From Felis catus (lineage: Eukaryota), in NCBI RefSeq assembly GCF_018350175.1, contig NC_058383.1, positions 4,402,001 through 4,466,000 of the forward strand: DNA of 64,000 bases, in the 5' to 3' direction. Of this stretch, positions 63,321 through 64,000 are shown piece after piece. The position numbers and the translations under genes are program-made. Under the pieces are notes generated by a model. The model worked only from the letters and a program-made list of their open reading frames with translations, was not told the origin of the DNA and did no database searches. Positions within the stretch are counted from its first letter, which is position 1; each line of letters starts with the position of its first letter.

Positions 63321-64000
63321 AGAGGGCTGCTTTTGATAAAGTATGACACAGGCTCCTGAATGGTTAACAGCTAATGTTACTGTGACGACTGCTGTGCCCT
63401 TTAAAGTAAAATTTAATAGGCTCTGAACTCGAACGCTTACCGAATGAGGAAACAGAGAAAAAATTTCAAAGAACCGAATAAAGGAAATAGCCTTTTTTCA
63501 TCAAGTGGATCTAGAAAGCTGAGGCTGCCTCTGATTCTGCTGTGGCTCTGTCCCTTGTGGAAGGACGGGAGGGCAGGACGAGGGGACAGGTGAGTTCTGC
63601 GCGTGCGCCGTGTAGAGCTGCTGCCTGGGGACGCCTGCCCCTCCCGCACAGCCTGTTTCAAGCATCTGGCTGGTGTGTGCCATACGGGAAAGTGACAGGA
63701 TTTACTTTCAGTTTTGAACACTGTGACTCACGCCAGCACTCTGTTCAACTGTGGCCGCATTTGTAATATTTAAGAAGAAAAGAGAAAGGCAAGTCACCTC
63801 AAGATGACGAGGCAGGGCACCTAGAAACCTACCTTGCCTCTCAGCTCCACGGTCAAGTGACCAAGAATTCCTCACTTTCTGAAGCTATTTTCAAGAAAAA
63901 TCGAAACTTTGTGTCCTTTCAAAATGGGCTTTCATGCTTTCCAACAATTGAAAAATATGATTTCAAAGTAGTTTTCCTTTTCTCCTGGGCTTTCTACAAG

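Overview
This is mammalian genomic DNA, almost certainly felid (cat-like), judged from about 50 Felidae-type Can-SINEs. The window lies inside the RNF216 (TRIAD3, RBR E3 ubiquitin ligase) gene on the minus strand. Only two coding exons are present: 22448-22545 (98 nt, end of IBR plus linker) and 14594-14816 (223 nt, catalytic RING2). Both have canonical AG/GT ends and matching phases. The rest is intron, filled with Can-SINEs, short tRNA-Lys-like SINEs, MIR, L2, old L1, MaLR (MLT1) LTRs, a carnivore ERV1-like solo LTR, hAT fossils and a decayed ERV-L pol fragment. Almost all ORFs in the supplied track are repeat-derived or chance. No prokaryote-style system (CRISPR, operon) is present. The most interesting observation is the exon arithmetic. 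Back-splicing the 223-nt exon alone creates a TGA at the junction and a 71-aa ORF covering RING2. Back-splicing both exons gives a 321-nt stop-free circle. Both are hypotheses that need RNA data. Repeat family names come from recognition of consensus sequences, not from a database search, and boundaries of old repeats are approximate.
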